A stretch of DNA of 64,000 nucleotides, from NCBI GenBank assembly GCA_965178125.1, contig OZ237774.1:186001-250000 (forward strand), written 5' to 3'. How positions within the stretch are numbered: the first letter of the stretch is position 1; each line of letters opens with the position of its first letter. Below are positions 25,301-38,958 of the stretch, piece after piece. Position numbers and translations under genes: made by a program. The DNA comes from Bilabrum cf. latius (taxonomy: Eukaryota). The notes under the pieces were generated by a model. That model saw only the letters and a program-made list of their open reading frames with translations, was not told where the DNA came from and made no database searches.

Positions 25301-28300
25301 CTCATTCCCCAACAGCCCATGGTCGTCAAGCATCATGTCACGGAGTCTCTAGATCTCCGCCAGACCGGGCATAAACACCAGTATAGCACCAGGCGGGGCA
25401 TCGCTGCCACCACCAGAGCTCCCCGGCGGTCGCTCCGCTGGCTTGACTCCCCCGGGCGCGACCTCACCTTCCCCAGCTGGCGAGTGCAGAGTGATGTGCC
25501 TACACAGTCTCACGATCAGGTCGTAGTTGATTTCCTCCTGCTCCATCCGCCACAGCGACACTAGGGTATCGTCCGACTTGCCCGGGAACCGCTTCCGCAG
25601 GTCACGCAGCTCCTCGGACGAGGGGTCGGGAAACCCGCGGCTTCCACCACCCCCACCACCTCCACCACGGCCGCCGCGCCCACCCCCACCGCGGCCTCTT
25701 CCCCTGTCCCGCCCACGGTCTCCGCCCCGCCCGCGCCCGCCTCCACGCCCGCCACGGCCGCCACGACCCCCCCCTCGCCCACCGCCCTTGCTCTTGCCAC
25801 CCCCGCCTCCGCCGATGTCAGATCGTGCAAACTCGCTGGTGGCCTGACACGCATACCCGCACGCCTCCACTGCGTCCTCCAGCATCATCGTCTTGACCGG
25901 GTGCGCGCGCCCGGGGATCTCCACCACTGGGGTCGGGTGCGTGAGGATGCTGTGAGGGAGCGGCGGCACGCCCGGTCGGGGGGACGGCACGGGCACCACG
26001 GATCGCACTCCACCGGTGGATCCGTCCACCACAGCCATGCTGAGGGGCGCCCCATCGGCACCACCGTGCGCTGCACCCGCGGGCAGTTTCTGGAAATACT
26101 CGGCGAACATGTCCGCGTTCAGCGTCGCGCTCATCAGAACGACCCTGAGGTCGCGGCGCCGCCGCAGCAGGTTCCGCAAGATGATGATGAGGAAATCCGA
26201 GTCCACGCTCCTTTCGTGCACCTCGTCCACAAAGATTGCGCTGACTCCCAGCAGTTCATTGTCGCACTGCAGGCGACGGAGAAGCACCCCGGTGGTGCAG
26301 AAGAGCAGCCTGGTCCGCTTGGAACGGACGCTCTCCAGTCGGATCGAATAGCCGACCGTATCACCCAGCCTCTCCGCCCGCTCCTGCGCCACGCGATCCG
26401 CTACTCCCACGGCGCTGATCCGCCTGGGCTGCGTGCAGACGATGTTGCACCTTGCACCCTCCCCCCTCTCGCACGCGTCCTCGTACACGATCTGAGGCAG
26501 CTGCGTGGTTTTCCCGCACCCGGTTTCTCCGCTCACCACGACCACCTGGTGTTCCCTGACCGCCCTCACGATCCGATCCCTCATCTTGAAGGCGGGCAGG
26601 CCCTCCCTCTGGCGGAGCATCTTCTGAAAGGCCCGGTCGGAGCGCCTCTTCCTCTCGAGGTCGGACTGTAGCCTCGCGCTCTCTGCCCGCTCCATCGCAA
26701 TCGCAGTGGCAGACTCTCGAGGTGGAGGAGCGTGGGCAGATACAGAAGCATGGGAGGGTGCGGGATTGGATGTTCCACTTTGACCACCATCTGAGGCCTT
26801 GCGGCTGCTTTTTGCGGCTCGGCGCGCGGCGGCCCCGCCCGTTTCCCCGGCCCTGGCGCTGGAGCTGGCCTAGGAGCTGGCCTGATCCTGTTCCCCATCC
26901 TCCTGCTACCTGCTCTCATGTGCTGCCCCGTCTGCCTCATCCGCTTCTTTCGTTTCTCTGCTTTCCTACCCACCGGGAAACATCCAAGGCCACTCCTCTT
27001 TCTGTTCCTCGATTCCGGATAGCACGCCGGCCAGGAAGGAGTTGCCGGCGTAGGCTTCCGCGCTGGTGGGTGCTGCGGGGAGCTCTTCTTCGTCCTCATC
27101 TCCTTCCTGCCCATGTCCTGGTGGATCGGCACCAGCGCCACTGGCAGCCGGGACGAACGTTCCTAAGCCGCCAGAGGCCAGCGCAGCGGCGGCCGAAGCT
27201 GCAGTAGGCACCGCTGATACCACACCACCAGCACCGCCATGATGCATCCCCCCCATGCGTGCTTCATGTTCCGCGTCATCCGCGTCATCCTCGTCAGCTC
27301 CCGCCCCACTCGCCAGCTGTGCAGCCGCGTGTTCCCCGGCCACCACGTCGAGCAGTTCCTCCACCCCGTCTTCCCCCTCCTCTACACCAGCGGGCGCCTC
27401 ATCAATCTCCTCCTCCTCCTCGCTATCGCCAGCAGCACCACCACCCCCACGCCCCACCACCCTCACCGCCCCCTGTGCCGCCAGCCGTTTCCTCAGCAGA
27501 GCGAATGTGGGCATCCTGGCGCCCCTCGAGGGCCCGTGGGTTGGCCGGCCAATGCGCCCCCTGCGGCCAGCGATGACTCGAAACTCAGCAGCCGCCTCCT
27601 GCTTGGTCTGCTTGGCCAGCTCACTCGGGTCCACGCTCACACCCGCCTCCTTGGCCGTGGAGGCCGATGCCAGGGATCGGATCAAATTGTCCACCCCGCA
27701 CTTGGGGCACACGATGAGCAGTGTCGCCTCGCTGATTTCCCCCCGCGTCTCGAATGCCTGCCTCCAGCGGGTCTTGCGCTGGCACGCGCCGCACTCCCAA
27801 CCCTCGTCCGAGAGGGTGGCGAAAGCGGCGGGACGGAGCAGCCCACTTTGGCCACCCGATCCAGACCCACTCGCACCTGCAGCACCAGCTCCAGCACCTG
27901 CAGATGATGGCAAACTCAAGGGCCCCCCCCTACCCCCCCGGCCCCTACCAGACCCGCCGCCTCTGGCCCGCGCCGCTGCCTCCGCCCCCGCAGCCAGCAT
28001 GGCGTCAAGCTCAGCAGTCCACCCCACCTCGCCCCTTTGCGCGGCGAGAAGTTCCGCAGGCATGGGCAGGCCCAGCTTCTACCGCCGCTTGATCTCCGCC
28101 CGCAGAAGCGCCTTCCGCTCACCTGCTTGTTCCCTGGCGCGCCGCTGCGCCTGCTTGCGCCTGCCCGCCACCCACACGGCGAGGGCGAGGGGCCCTGCCC
28201 CCAGCTCCGGCCAGCGGGGCGCGCCCACAGCGACCTGGCGCGCCCCCACCGGCACACTTGTCACACCATTCGGTACCGCCGATTCTTTTGGTTGCAACCG

Positions 28301-31300
28301 CATGCCGAGCGCTTCCAGCTCCTCCGGGAACGGGGCAAGCCAGCGCAACCACAGGTCACGCTCCGTCGGCAATCCATCGGTGGATTGTTCTCTTGGCCCT
28401 GCAGCACCGATAGAACTGCTAGAACTCTTCTATGCAGCGTCATCCTTCGACGTTTTTCCTTGCTCGCTATCGTCCTCTCCTTTCTTCCGGCGGTTCCGGC
28501 GGGCCGCTCGCCTCTCCTTCAGCCGCTGCGCGCGGCGGCTCCTGGCGTCCACTTCACTCGTCACACTACTATCCGCGCCCGGGTCCGCCACCACACCGCC
28601 GCTGCTTCCCGGGGCGCTACCAGGTTCCTTGGAAGAACTCGTCACACCAGCCGCAGCGCTTGAAATGGTACCCGCCTGCTGCCTGCCCCCAGCACCGGCC
28701 CCTGCCCCTGCTCCAACCCCCGCCCCGCGGATCCATGACAGGAACCGGTGCAGGGAACCGCCCAACCCACCACTGGATTGGTGCAGGCGGGGCGTCGCCA
28801 CCAGGACAGAGTCGGTCACTGCCTTCGCTTCGTGACTCCTGAGCGACTGTGACGTCACTGTGACGCAGGGAGGGGGCCCCATCGGCGCGGGGTACGGGAG
28901 CCTGGGAGGCAGCACCGCCGTCATCGTCACACGGTGCCTCCACAACGGGGTGCTCCCATCACGGGCCAGAGAAACCTCCGGGAGATCGTTCCCTGTCAAT
29001 TTCGTGTGACGAGTGCCTCCGGTCGAGGCAGACGGCGCGGCGGCTGCCGATCGGCCGCTGGATGGTGCCGCCTGCGCGCTCGAGTCATCACCGGAAGCGG
29101 CAGCGACTCCGCTCGTCACACCGCCATTCCCTCCACCACGGTCATCCTGTCCATCTTCACTCGTCACACCCATCCTCTCCTTCTTCTTCTTCTCTCTTGC
29201 CGCCTCCTGCTCCTCGAACTCGGCCAGCGTGAAGCCGACCGCCAGCGCCACCTCCTTCCGCTTCTTCCGGTCCTTCGCCTCCTGCGCTGCGGAACCGGCG
29301 CCGCGCTTCGAGGAAGCACCGCTGCTCCCGGTGCCTTCGCTACCGCCACTGACCTCCGTTCCGGCTCCGGATCCAGCCGATCCGATCCCTAGCTGCTTCC
29401 TCCGGAGCTTCTGCTCATCGACCATCGCAGGGCCCAACGTGGCTGCGGAACCTCCGCGCGCGGCGCCAATGGAACCCCCATTAGGGGCAGGGGGTGCCCC
29501 TGGGGGTCTAGAGGGCAACATCACGTCGATTTCGACCTCGATTCTCCAGGCGGCATCTCTGCTCCTGCGGTGCACCTCGGCTGCAAATGCAGGACTCCCA
29601 GGGTCGGTTCCCGCAGCGGCTGGGTCGTAAGGCGTGGGGTCTATAATCTCCCGCCACGTGTCGGCGTGACCACTCTGACCACCTTTCGGATCTTTGGATC
29701 CGCTGGTCGCCGATGGCAGCAGGGGACCGGCAGCGGACGGATCAGCCGCCCTCGGTGCACCGTCGTGCGATGCACCCTCACGCACTCGCACGCGAACGGA
29801 CCCATTCGGCGGAAGCATACCGTCTACTTTCGCCACTGCCCCCGATCCGGCCCCCGATCCACCGGTGGATGGGGCCAGCAGCCTCAGACCTACGATTTCC
29901 TCGCACCTGCGCGATAAGAGGTCCCCCCAGTCCAGCGACTTTGCCCACCCCGGCGCTTCCACCAATTCTGACTTGCCAATTTCATCACCTTTGCTCGCCT
30001 CGGAATCGGAGCCCCAAACCAGCGTGCGGGCGGCAGCCGCAGAGCCGCTGCCACAGTCCTTCGACCCCTTGCTGCCCTTTCCCTTGCCCTTGTCCGGGCC
30101 AGCTGATTCTAGAGTGGAGGCAAACGACCCCTCCGACGCAAGCAGGATCAGCCTGCCCCACCCTGACACAGGATCTTCACTCGTCACATCGCGACCCGCT
30201 GCCTCGGCCAGCACTGCAGCGGCCCTGTCCCTGCATAGGGCCCACCTCGCGATCGACTCGTCCTCACTCGTCACAGCTCCCTCACTCGTCACACCCGACG
30301 ACCTGCTTGCCCCAAATCCTGCCCCAATCCACCGGTGGATCGCAGCGGAGGCTCCCAGCGCCACCTCCACCTCCCGGCCGGCGAACCCCAGCGACAGCAG
30401 AGCGAACCTTCGCTGCTCCCGACCCCAGTCGATCTCCGTCTGCAACCGGAGAACCAGCCGACCCCCACTCGTCACACCATCACCACCACCCGCCTCCGCC
30501 GCCGCCCTCCCCAGCGCCAGCAGGTGCTTCGACAAGATGGCCCCTTCTGCCTTCCTCGCCTGGGCCAGGGCCTCCGCCGCCTCCTGGATCCGCGCCTCTC
30601 TCGCTGCCCTGAGTCGCTTCCGGCGGTCGCCTGCCAGCTCCGGGAGGGCAGCTGCCAGCTCCTCCTCGGGGCAGCGGATGCAGAGCCAGTCCAGGGCCGC
30701 GACCAGGTCCGATCCACCGGTGGATCGGAGGGCGGCCTTGGCCCTGGAGGGATCGAAGGTGTAGTGACGAGTGAGGTGGTGCAGAAGCGCCACACTGTAC
30801 CGAGCACCATCATCCTCCTCGTCTTCATCTTCGTTTTTGTCCTCGTCCTCGTCGTCATCCGCGTCCTCGTCCTCGTCTTCAGCTCCTGCTTCGCTACCGC
30901 CATCGTCTTCATCTCCGTCCTCCCCGTCAGCACCGCCTGCCTCTGCGCCTGGCGTGTCCTCTTGCTTAGATTCCTAGTCTTCACGTTCACCTTCACCTTC
31001 ACCTTCATCCTCATCTTCATCCTCTGGATGCGTTTCCTCATCCTCAGCCTCTTCGTCCTCCTCCTCGTCCTCCTCCTCGTCATCCGAGGTTTTTCCCTCC
31101 GTCACTCCAAGGATATCCAGCACGATGTTCCTCGACCGATCGCTCAGGCCCATCGACGGCACTGGCCCGCGCGTGAGCCGCTTCACCACAGGGACTGCAC
31201 CGGGAACTGGCCCGGTCGCGTTGAATCCTCCGCCGGCGTCGTCCTCGTCGTTCCGCAGGAGAGACCGGAGACCTGGACCGGAAGAATTTGGATCAAACGC

Positions 31301-31591
31301 AACTCCGCCGTCGTCATCATCCGCGAACGCAGACTTGAGCAGGTGGGACGGTGCGGCCCTCTTTCCTTCGCCCGAGCTGCCATCCTTTCTGCCATTCTTA
31401 GAAGAGTTTCCGCGTCCTCTTCCCCGAACTCCCCTTCCCCGTTTCCCTCCGCCTCGCATGCGCTCCAAGTTCCATTTGGAAAACATGTTGCTGCGGGAAA
31501 CTTGGCTCACATCAATCACACGGCGGCCTCGGCCTCGGCCTTTACCGCCTCTTCCACGACCTCGACCGCCTCTTCCTCCTCTCCCTGGCAT
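22352..31591 (-). CDS. DHX57: DExH-box RNA helicase, DHX57/DHX29/DHX36 family (~3080 aa)
   Basis: N-terminal RGG; UBA-like ALDWLC; motif I GETGCGKTTQ; CTQPRRISA; DEVH; SAT; ILVFMPG; STNIAETSVTIDDV; QRRGRAGR; HA2 LGYHLAQLPVDPRLGKML; OB-fold LHPSSVN..YLEKVKTSKVYVRD. One frame throughout with 12 TAG (30974, 28430, 28079, 26966, 26906, 26870, 25349, 24845, 24266, 23378, 23336, 22928). Ends TGA. The subfamily assignment is tentative. Confidence 0.88.
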
Positions 31592-31809
31592 AGTGCTAAT
31601 ATATTCAAAACGATCCGAATGCACTTGAATGCAAGAGTGATTGAACCGTACACTGTATACTGCAAAGTGGAGATCTGGTCGGCCAAAAGTGCAGTCTACT
31701 GTGGCGGAACTTGCCCTTGCTGCAGCAAGTGTTTGCAAACTGCCCACTCCAAGAGCACGCAACAGGCGCATATAAAGTCGCCCAAAGGAGCTCATTTAAG
31801 CTTGTAAGC

Positions 31810-32506
31810 ATGTTAACTTCAAACAGTAGGCGGAATACCCCGGAAAACGGAGCTACTGTACCAATTCGTCCGTCCAAGGATGGGGAGCGAGCACCGCTGC
31901 TAACCTTGTCCTAGGCGAAGACGCTGAAGGTGCAGATAGCCAAGCGGGCAAAGAGGATCAGACATCACATGAAGGCCTGTATGAAGACGCTATCAATCCA
32001 TGAGTGGGTGCATATTCCCATGGCTGAAGGCAGTTCTGTGCATCCTGCTCGCCTGTCTCCAGATATATATGGACAGCTACACCAGCATTGACACGTGTCT
32101 TACTTTATACTTCTGGATGTTTTGCCGTATTGAAGGCAGCCAAGCATTGGAAGCATTCAGTGCCATCCTTGATGGCCTCAACCGCAAGAAGGCGAGCACG
32201 GTCAAATCCGTCGAAGATGAGTGCATGCATGAGATCATGCACCTGGCGGCCAGTACATTGACTGGTATTAGCTTGATGAGCTCCCCTCCGTTCGGTTTTT
32301 CGACTCCGGTCAAGCTGTTCCTCCTCGTATTCTGGTGGCAGCTGGAGGACTTCTCCAGCGAATACTGGACGCAGCAAGCACAGGAGCAGGTAGCAAGTTT
32401 GGAGGAGATAGCTCAAGCGACCGCAGAGCAGCGCAAGGTGGTAAAGCGTTACATTAAGAGGCTGAAGTCCATGGCAGCATCTAGCTCGCGACACTCGTTG
32501 ATGTAA
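31810..32506 (+). CDS. Small hypothetical protein, probably intron-containing
   Basis: ATG at 31810 with a TAG at 31912 and coding-like continuation. Possible short introns. The last segment (LEDFSSEYWTQQAQEQ...) ends in TAA. Exon structure not resolved. Confidence 0.3.
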
Positions 32507-32698
32507 GGCGGCAGGCTCGCCGTGCTCGCTTGCATGACGGAGCAACTGCTCGGGGACGGTCGCAGCCCGAGAACGGGGACGGGACGGGTGGTCGCAGCAG
32601 ATCTGGCCTGATGCTGGCTTTTGACATGACTATTACTAGCTTCATACTCTACGAACACAAACCCAGATCATAGCACAGCCCTTCGCTCGCCCTTAGCC

Positions 32699-35600
32699 TC
32701 AGCTGCTCCCTTCCTTCTTACCACCCGCCCCACCCGCCGCCGCTCCGTGCTCGCCCGCCCGCCGCTCCGCCTCCTCCAGCCCGCGCACAAGCCCTGCAAA
32801 CGCGCTCGACTCGTCTCTCAGCAGCTCCTCCGGCGGTCCCGCCTCCAGGAGACAGCCGTCGCCCAACACGAGGATCTTGTCGCACTCCCTGATCGAGTGA
32901 ACACGGTGCGCGATCGTCAGCACAGTGGCCCCGCCGAACTCCCTCCGGATCGTCTCCTGAAGCACGGCATCGCTTTCAGCATCTAAATTCGCGGTTGCCT
33001 CGTCCATCACGCAGATCTTCCTCCTCTGCAGAAGTGCCCGCGCCATGCACAGCAGCTGACGCTCCCCGTGGGACCAGTTCTCACCTCCGTCCGCCACCTC
33101 GTCCCCCAGCCCCGCCCCCAGGGCCTCCACCTTCCGACGCATGCCCACCTTCCCCAGCGCGTCCATCAATTCAGATTCCGAGTACTGCCCCGTGGGATCC
33201 AGGTTCTGCCTGAGGGAACCGGAGAAGAGAGCCGCGTCCTGCGGCAAAATCGTCATGCTGGACCGCAGCCGGGGCAGGGGCACGTCCTGCACCTCCACCC
33301 CGTCGATCAGCAGCCCGCCCTCCTGCACATCGGACAACCGGAACAAGGTGGACACGAGGCTCGATTTGCCCGAGCCGGTCTTTCCGCATATGCCCACCTT
33401 TTCCCCCGGTCGGATGGTGCAGCTGAGGCCCTTGAGCACTTCTGGCAGCTCAGGCCTGTACCGCATCCTGAGGCCTCGGATCTCGATCTGGCCCCTCGAG
33501 GGCCAATCCGCCGGTGGATTGGCCGATCCATCCGTGGGCTCCATGGGCAGCTCCGCGTATTCCCTCACCCGCTCCACCGCCACGATCATGGTCTCTGCCT
33601 GGCTGGCCATCCGCACCAGCCAGTTGAGCGCCTGGGTCAGCCCCAGGGCGTACGAGATGGACAACCCGGCGAGGGATGCGTCCACTTTGCCCCTCCCAAT
33701 CACCGCGAACAGGGCGGAGCCGCACGCCACCAGCGTGCCCACCAGCTCGAGCCGCACTGCCAGCCAACGGTTGGCAGACGTGGAAGCGAAATACGCCGAC
33801 TGCTGCTTGTCCAGCCGAGACTCGTTCTGCCTCGCGAACCGCTCCGTGTCCCCGTAGGCCCGGATGGTCACTGCTCCCACGAGCACCTCAGAGAAGCTCT
33901 GGTAGATGGGCGACCGCAGCACGGAATCGAGCCGCTTCAGCTGCCTTGAGGTCGATACATAGAACCGCTGGATGTAGACGTAATACGCAAGGAGCGGGCC
34001 CACCATGAGCAGAAAGTACGGTGTCACCGACGCCACCACCGCGATGGTGGTCAAACCCGAGAACAGGCACACGAAAAAGGAGGCCAGAGTGGGCATCAGC
34101 TTCTCGTCGATCGTGTACATGTCGTTGCCCGCGCGGTTCAGGATCCGCCCCTGCGGAGTCACGTCGAAGAAGGACTGGAACGCGCGCAGCACCCGACCGA
34201 TGAAGCTGTCGTGCAGCACGCTGGCGGCGCGCACTGCTGCCAGCGCTAGACTGAACCGCAGCACCACCAGCAGAAGGAGCGCGCCACCAGCGATGCCGGC
34301 GTAGACGCCCAGGTACCACGTCCCCGAATGTTCCCCGGGGTTCGCTTTCTGCAGGCGGGTCCATTCAGACAGCCACCAGGACGCCGAGGCCTGGCCTCCC
34401 TGCTGCAGCATGAACAGTATGACGAGTGCGGTGCACACGATCGGACCCCCCAGCGCCTCGAAGTACCCAAGGAACACCTTGAGGCTGACTTCCCCCTCCT
34501 CCGCTTTCTCCACTGTTGTCTGTTTGCCCACCCCGAGCGACTCGCCCGCTTTGCTCCTCGCCCCGATCCCGCCGACCCCGCTGCTGGCGCTGCTACTGCT
34601 GCTCCTGGGCACCTTGCTGGCTCCAGCTGCTGGTGCATCCACGTCAACCAGAACCCCCTCCGGCACCGGGTCCGTGGCTCGGATCACCGGTGATCCGATC
34701 ACGGGCGATCCGATCTTTGCGTCGGGGGAGCCAGGGTCATCCTAATCCCCATCTCCATCCCCCACACTATCGCCATCACTATCTCCGCCATTCCCAATGT
34801 CGGCATCGATGACCCCCGGTGCATCATCATCGCCTGCGTTTCCCGACGAACGTTCCTTGGCCCTCCGAGCCTCCTGCTCGTAGGCCGCCAGCAGCTCCCC
34901 AAACATGCTCCCTTCCCTGTCTTTGAGCTGCCCGTACGTGCCCCGCTCCGCCAACCGACCCTGGCTCAGCACCAGGATCTCGCGGGCCGCACCCGCGTAC
35001 TGCAGCCCGTGCGTGACGAGCACCCTCGTCTTGTTCCCCAGCAGCCCAAGGATGCACTGCCTGTAGATCCCGTTGCCCACATGAGCATCCACGGCGCTCA
35101 GCACGTCGTCCAGCAGGTACACGTCGGCGTCTGCGTACACGGCTCGCGCGAGCCCCACCCTCGCCCGCTGCCCCCCCGAGATGCCCACACCCTTCTCCCC
35201 GATCTCCGTGGCATCGCCCGCTGGCAGCATGGCCAGGTCGCCCTCCAGCTGGCAAGCCCTCACAACCTTGCGATACCGCATCACGTCCAGCTGCCTGCCG
35301 AACAGGATGTTATCCCGCACGCTCGCGTTCAAAATGAAAGGAGTCTGACCGGCGTACGCCACCCGGCCCCTCACTACCACCTCCCCGCTCAGCCGAGACA
35401 TCTCGCCCAGCAGGGCCATCAGCAGCGAGGACTTCCCGCTGCCCACGTGGCCCACCACCACGGACAGGGACCCAGCAGGCACTCGGAAGTCGATGCCGCG
35501 GAGGTATCCGCCGCTCCCCTCGCGCATCCTGCGGCCCAGGGCCTTGGACGAAGCCTCACTCGTCACACCCGCCTTGCCCTCCTCGGCAGAGGCCGCAGCT

Positions 35601-38467
35601 GCCGCCGCCGCTGCATCGTCCGCGGACGGCCCCTGGTAGGACTCGGCTGCCTTGGCACCCCCGGGGCCGCCGTGCAGCTCGGCGGTCCCCTGCTTGCCCT
35701 TTTTCTTCGAATCACCTGTCCCATCCGCGCCAGTTGCGCTTCCTTTGCTCTTCTCACCCTCACCCTCGTCCCCTTCGCTCTCGTCTTCTTCCTCACCCAG
35801 CAGTGACCCGGTCGCGCCCTTCCAGCGGAACGAGGCGCCGCGCACCTCCAGGGCCGACGGCAGCACGGATCGCTTCTCCTTCTCATCCTCCTCGTCCTCC
35901 GCACTGCCGTGCGATGCACCCCGGGGGGCGCTCACGTCGGCCGGCACGGGGGGCAGTGCCAGCCTGGCGGCGGGGTCCACTTCCTCTGCCGTGAGGAAGG
36001 TGTGCAGCCGCTTGAGAGTGACCGTGGCTTCGACGATGTTGTTGATCACCATCGGAACTGCCGACAGCGGGAACCGCAGGATATTGAAGAGACTCAGGGA
36101 CACGAATGCCTTCTAGGCAGTGAGCGTGTGCCCCGACAGGGTGAAGGCAGTGAAGGCAGCCACGGCCACGAGCATGGGCAGGCCCGTCCACATCACGTTC
36201 GAGATGGCCTGCAAAAAGAGGTACATGCGCAGCTGCTGCAGCTCGCTGTCGCGTTGTTCCCTGATCCGATCCTCGAACCGCGACTCCCACGCGGACAGCT
36301 TGATCAGCCGGATCCCCTGGATCGCCTCGTTGGTGGAATCCACCCTCCTGTCCTTCCTCTGCATTAGCTCCGACTGCAGCCATTTCTGCAGCCGAGCCAC
36401 GCCCAAGTTGACGGGGATGAACAGCACCATGACCGCCACCCCAGCGAGCACAGAGGGGCCCATCTGCCTCCACAGAAAGTACAGAGACAGCGACATCTGG
36501 AAAGGGCCGCTCACCACCATGGCAAGGTAAGTCGTCAGGTCCTGCATGCGGGTCGCATCCGTGGACAGGAGGTTCACGATGCGACCCACCCGGGCGGACT
36601 GCCTCGCGCCCACGGACAACCGAAGCGCTTTCCGAAAGACCCCAATCACCACCGAGGATCGAAGCACCTGGCCGACCCGGAACACGCGGAGGAAGTACTG
36701 GTGCAGCAGCGCCGTGGCGAGCACAGACACAGCAAACAGAGTGGCCACGTACCCGTACCCCACTCCCGCAGTGGCGCCTTTCTTGCCCTCTGAGAAATCC
36801 TGCAGATACGTGATGATGGCATCCAGCAGGTTCGGTCCCACGAACTGAAGACAGTCGTACAGCAGCTTCAGCAGCAGGGCGCCGTAGAACTGGCCGCCGA
36901 ACGCCACCGCCAGCGACCACCACAGCTGCGGCTCCTGCGAGCCATTCAAACAGCCGCAGCACAGCGAACCAGGCGCATCCTCGGTGCGGCTGCCTCGGGA
37001 CCCGGAGCCTCCACTTCCGGATTTACCCGGAGACGAGGACGATGCGGCGAGCAGCGAAGTGCGCGCGCCAGGCGACGCGCCGCCACCGCGAGCACTCGTC
37101 ACAGGGCTCAGGTCAGCGTAAGGGCTCCCGGGCGCACTCATGGACTCCTTCGCATCAGGGGAGGACGCGACCGCCGGGGATGCGGAACCGAATCCGGCGC
37201 CGCGCATCGCCCTGGCCCTGGCCGCCTCTGCCCTCCTGCACTCGGCCCGCCACGCGCCGTCAAAGGCGCCCCTCACTGACTCGGAATCGTCCCCTTTGGA
37301 CAGCCCGGGGACGTCCTCCGCCTGCAGGGGCCTAGCCCAGCCCAGCAGCATGAGCGGGCTCAACCAGACGAAATACACCCGGCTGCACAGCCCGGCCCGC
37401 TCCTCGGGGCTCCTCGACCGGAAGGAGCCCGTCTCGCCGTCCTCCTTGGCGATCGCTGCGGAACCGTAACCTCCAGATTGCGCGGCGCCGGAAGGACCGT
37501 CCGTGAGGGAACCGTACCCGCCCCCGGCCCCCGACCTGGGGGCCCCCGCACCACCGTGCACTGCACCCGAAGTCGCGAAGGCCACCTTCTCGCCCTCACC
37601 GTAGCCCCCCACCGCAGCCAGTGCGGATTCTGCGTCGCACGCGCACAGCATCGCCGCCCAGCCGCAGAGCGCCTCCCCCCAGGACATGCGTCCCTGTGTG
37701 ACGAGTGGGATTCGGAGCAGGTACCAGAGCGCGGGCAGGGCCAGAGCTCCCGCCACCGAGGCGTGGGCGATGCTGAACGCGTCTAGGGCGTTGCGACCCG
37801 CGTCCGCGTGCTTGCCTGCATCGAACTGCAGCGCGGACACGACCAGCTGCACCAGCTCGCACCCGAAGGCCAGCACCCACCACGACAGCACGTAGTCAGG
37901 GACGGACACGGGAGCGTCGGGTCTGGTGAATGCCGTCCCGTCCTATTCCTCTTCTTCCTCCAGGTACTCATCGTCGTCCTATCCATCCCCCACGATACCC
38001 CCGCTGCAGCAAGCTCGCCCCGCCCCCCGCTCCAGCCGCTGCACCAGCGCGCCCGCGTTGAGCAGAAATGCAGCGCCGCACACGGCCGCGTACAGAAAGG
38101 CCGAGAATCGAACCGAGCTGCTGTCGTGCTCCACGGAACCGATGTATCCGCCACCAACGAGAGTTATTTCGATCAGTGGCAGAATGGCTAGCAGCACGGA
38201 GAGAGCGACGGAGATCCAACCCAGAGTGCGAGGCATCACACGGACGTGGGGCGGTGGCGACAGCCGGTGCTTGCCTGCCGCGGCGTACGCCCGAGTCGGC
38301 TGTTCCTAAGACACTCCCCCAAATGCAAACGGCAGCGCAAGCACAAAAATGGCAGCTGCTGGCACTAGGATGAAGGACTGCACAATGCAGTGCGATGCCG
38401 TGGTGCTCCCGCACATGGCCTCCGCGGCCGACCGGAAGAAATTATGCGCTACTTCGGTCTAGTTCAT
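32699..38467 (-). CDS. ABCC/MRP-family ABC transporter (~1920 aa, with TMD0-like N-terminus)
   Basis: NBD1 GHVGSGKSS, ISGGQRARV, YLLDDVLSAVDAHVG; NBD2 GKTGSGKSS, NWSHGERQL, MDEATA, TIAHR; FFDVTPQGRILNR; SLSLFNILRFPL. Single frame with TAG at 38459, 38306, 37979, 37943, 36113 and 34742. Ends TGA. Alternative start at 38416. Confidence 0.93.
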
Positions 38468-38958
38468 TGTTCAGTGTGTATTGTTGCCAGCGACTCGGTG
38501 CCTTCCAGAATGGCACGGCGACAAAACGAGGCGTCTGCTTGCCACGTCGTCGAATTCAAGCAGTCTGCTGTCCCACAGGGCTTAATCTGTGCCTGTGTGA
38601 ATTCACAACTCGACAGACTATCACCAAGTGTACTAATTATATCGTATTCGACCCTCCAGAAAGACTGGTCGGATCGGCAGTCGGTAATAAGTGCCTTGAA
38701 ACGAACAGCTTTGCTTTGGAACAGTGCCCCAGTCGTCACATCTCGGGATCAGCTGGGCCACTCCCAAGAAGATCCGATCCGCTGCAGTCACCCGTTGCGA
38801 TCCCCGCTCCTCCTCCAGTTCACCATCTGAACACTCCTGCTGGCACGTGAAGTCGCACCCACGGCTCTCTGCTGGCATTCCAGTCCCGCTGCCCACCACA
38901 GGCTGCCAACCACCACCACAACACCTGCTATCGGATCCGGATTCCCACTCGTCACTCG

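Noticed and set aside
25340-36120. TAGs removed by tiny introns
   Set aside because: At 25349 and 36113 the TAG occupies exactly one residue within a conserved motif, with no GT..AG intron needed. The real introns here are about 90-170 nt and clearly recognisable.
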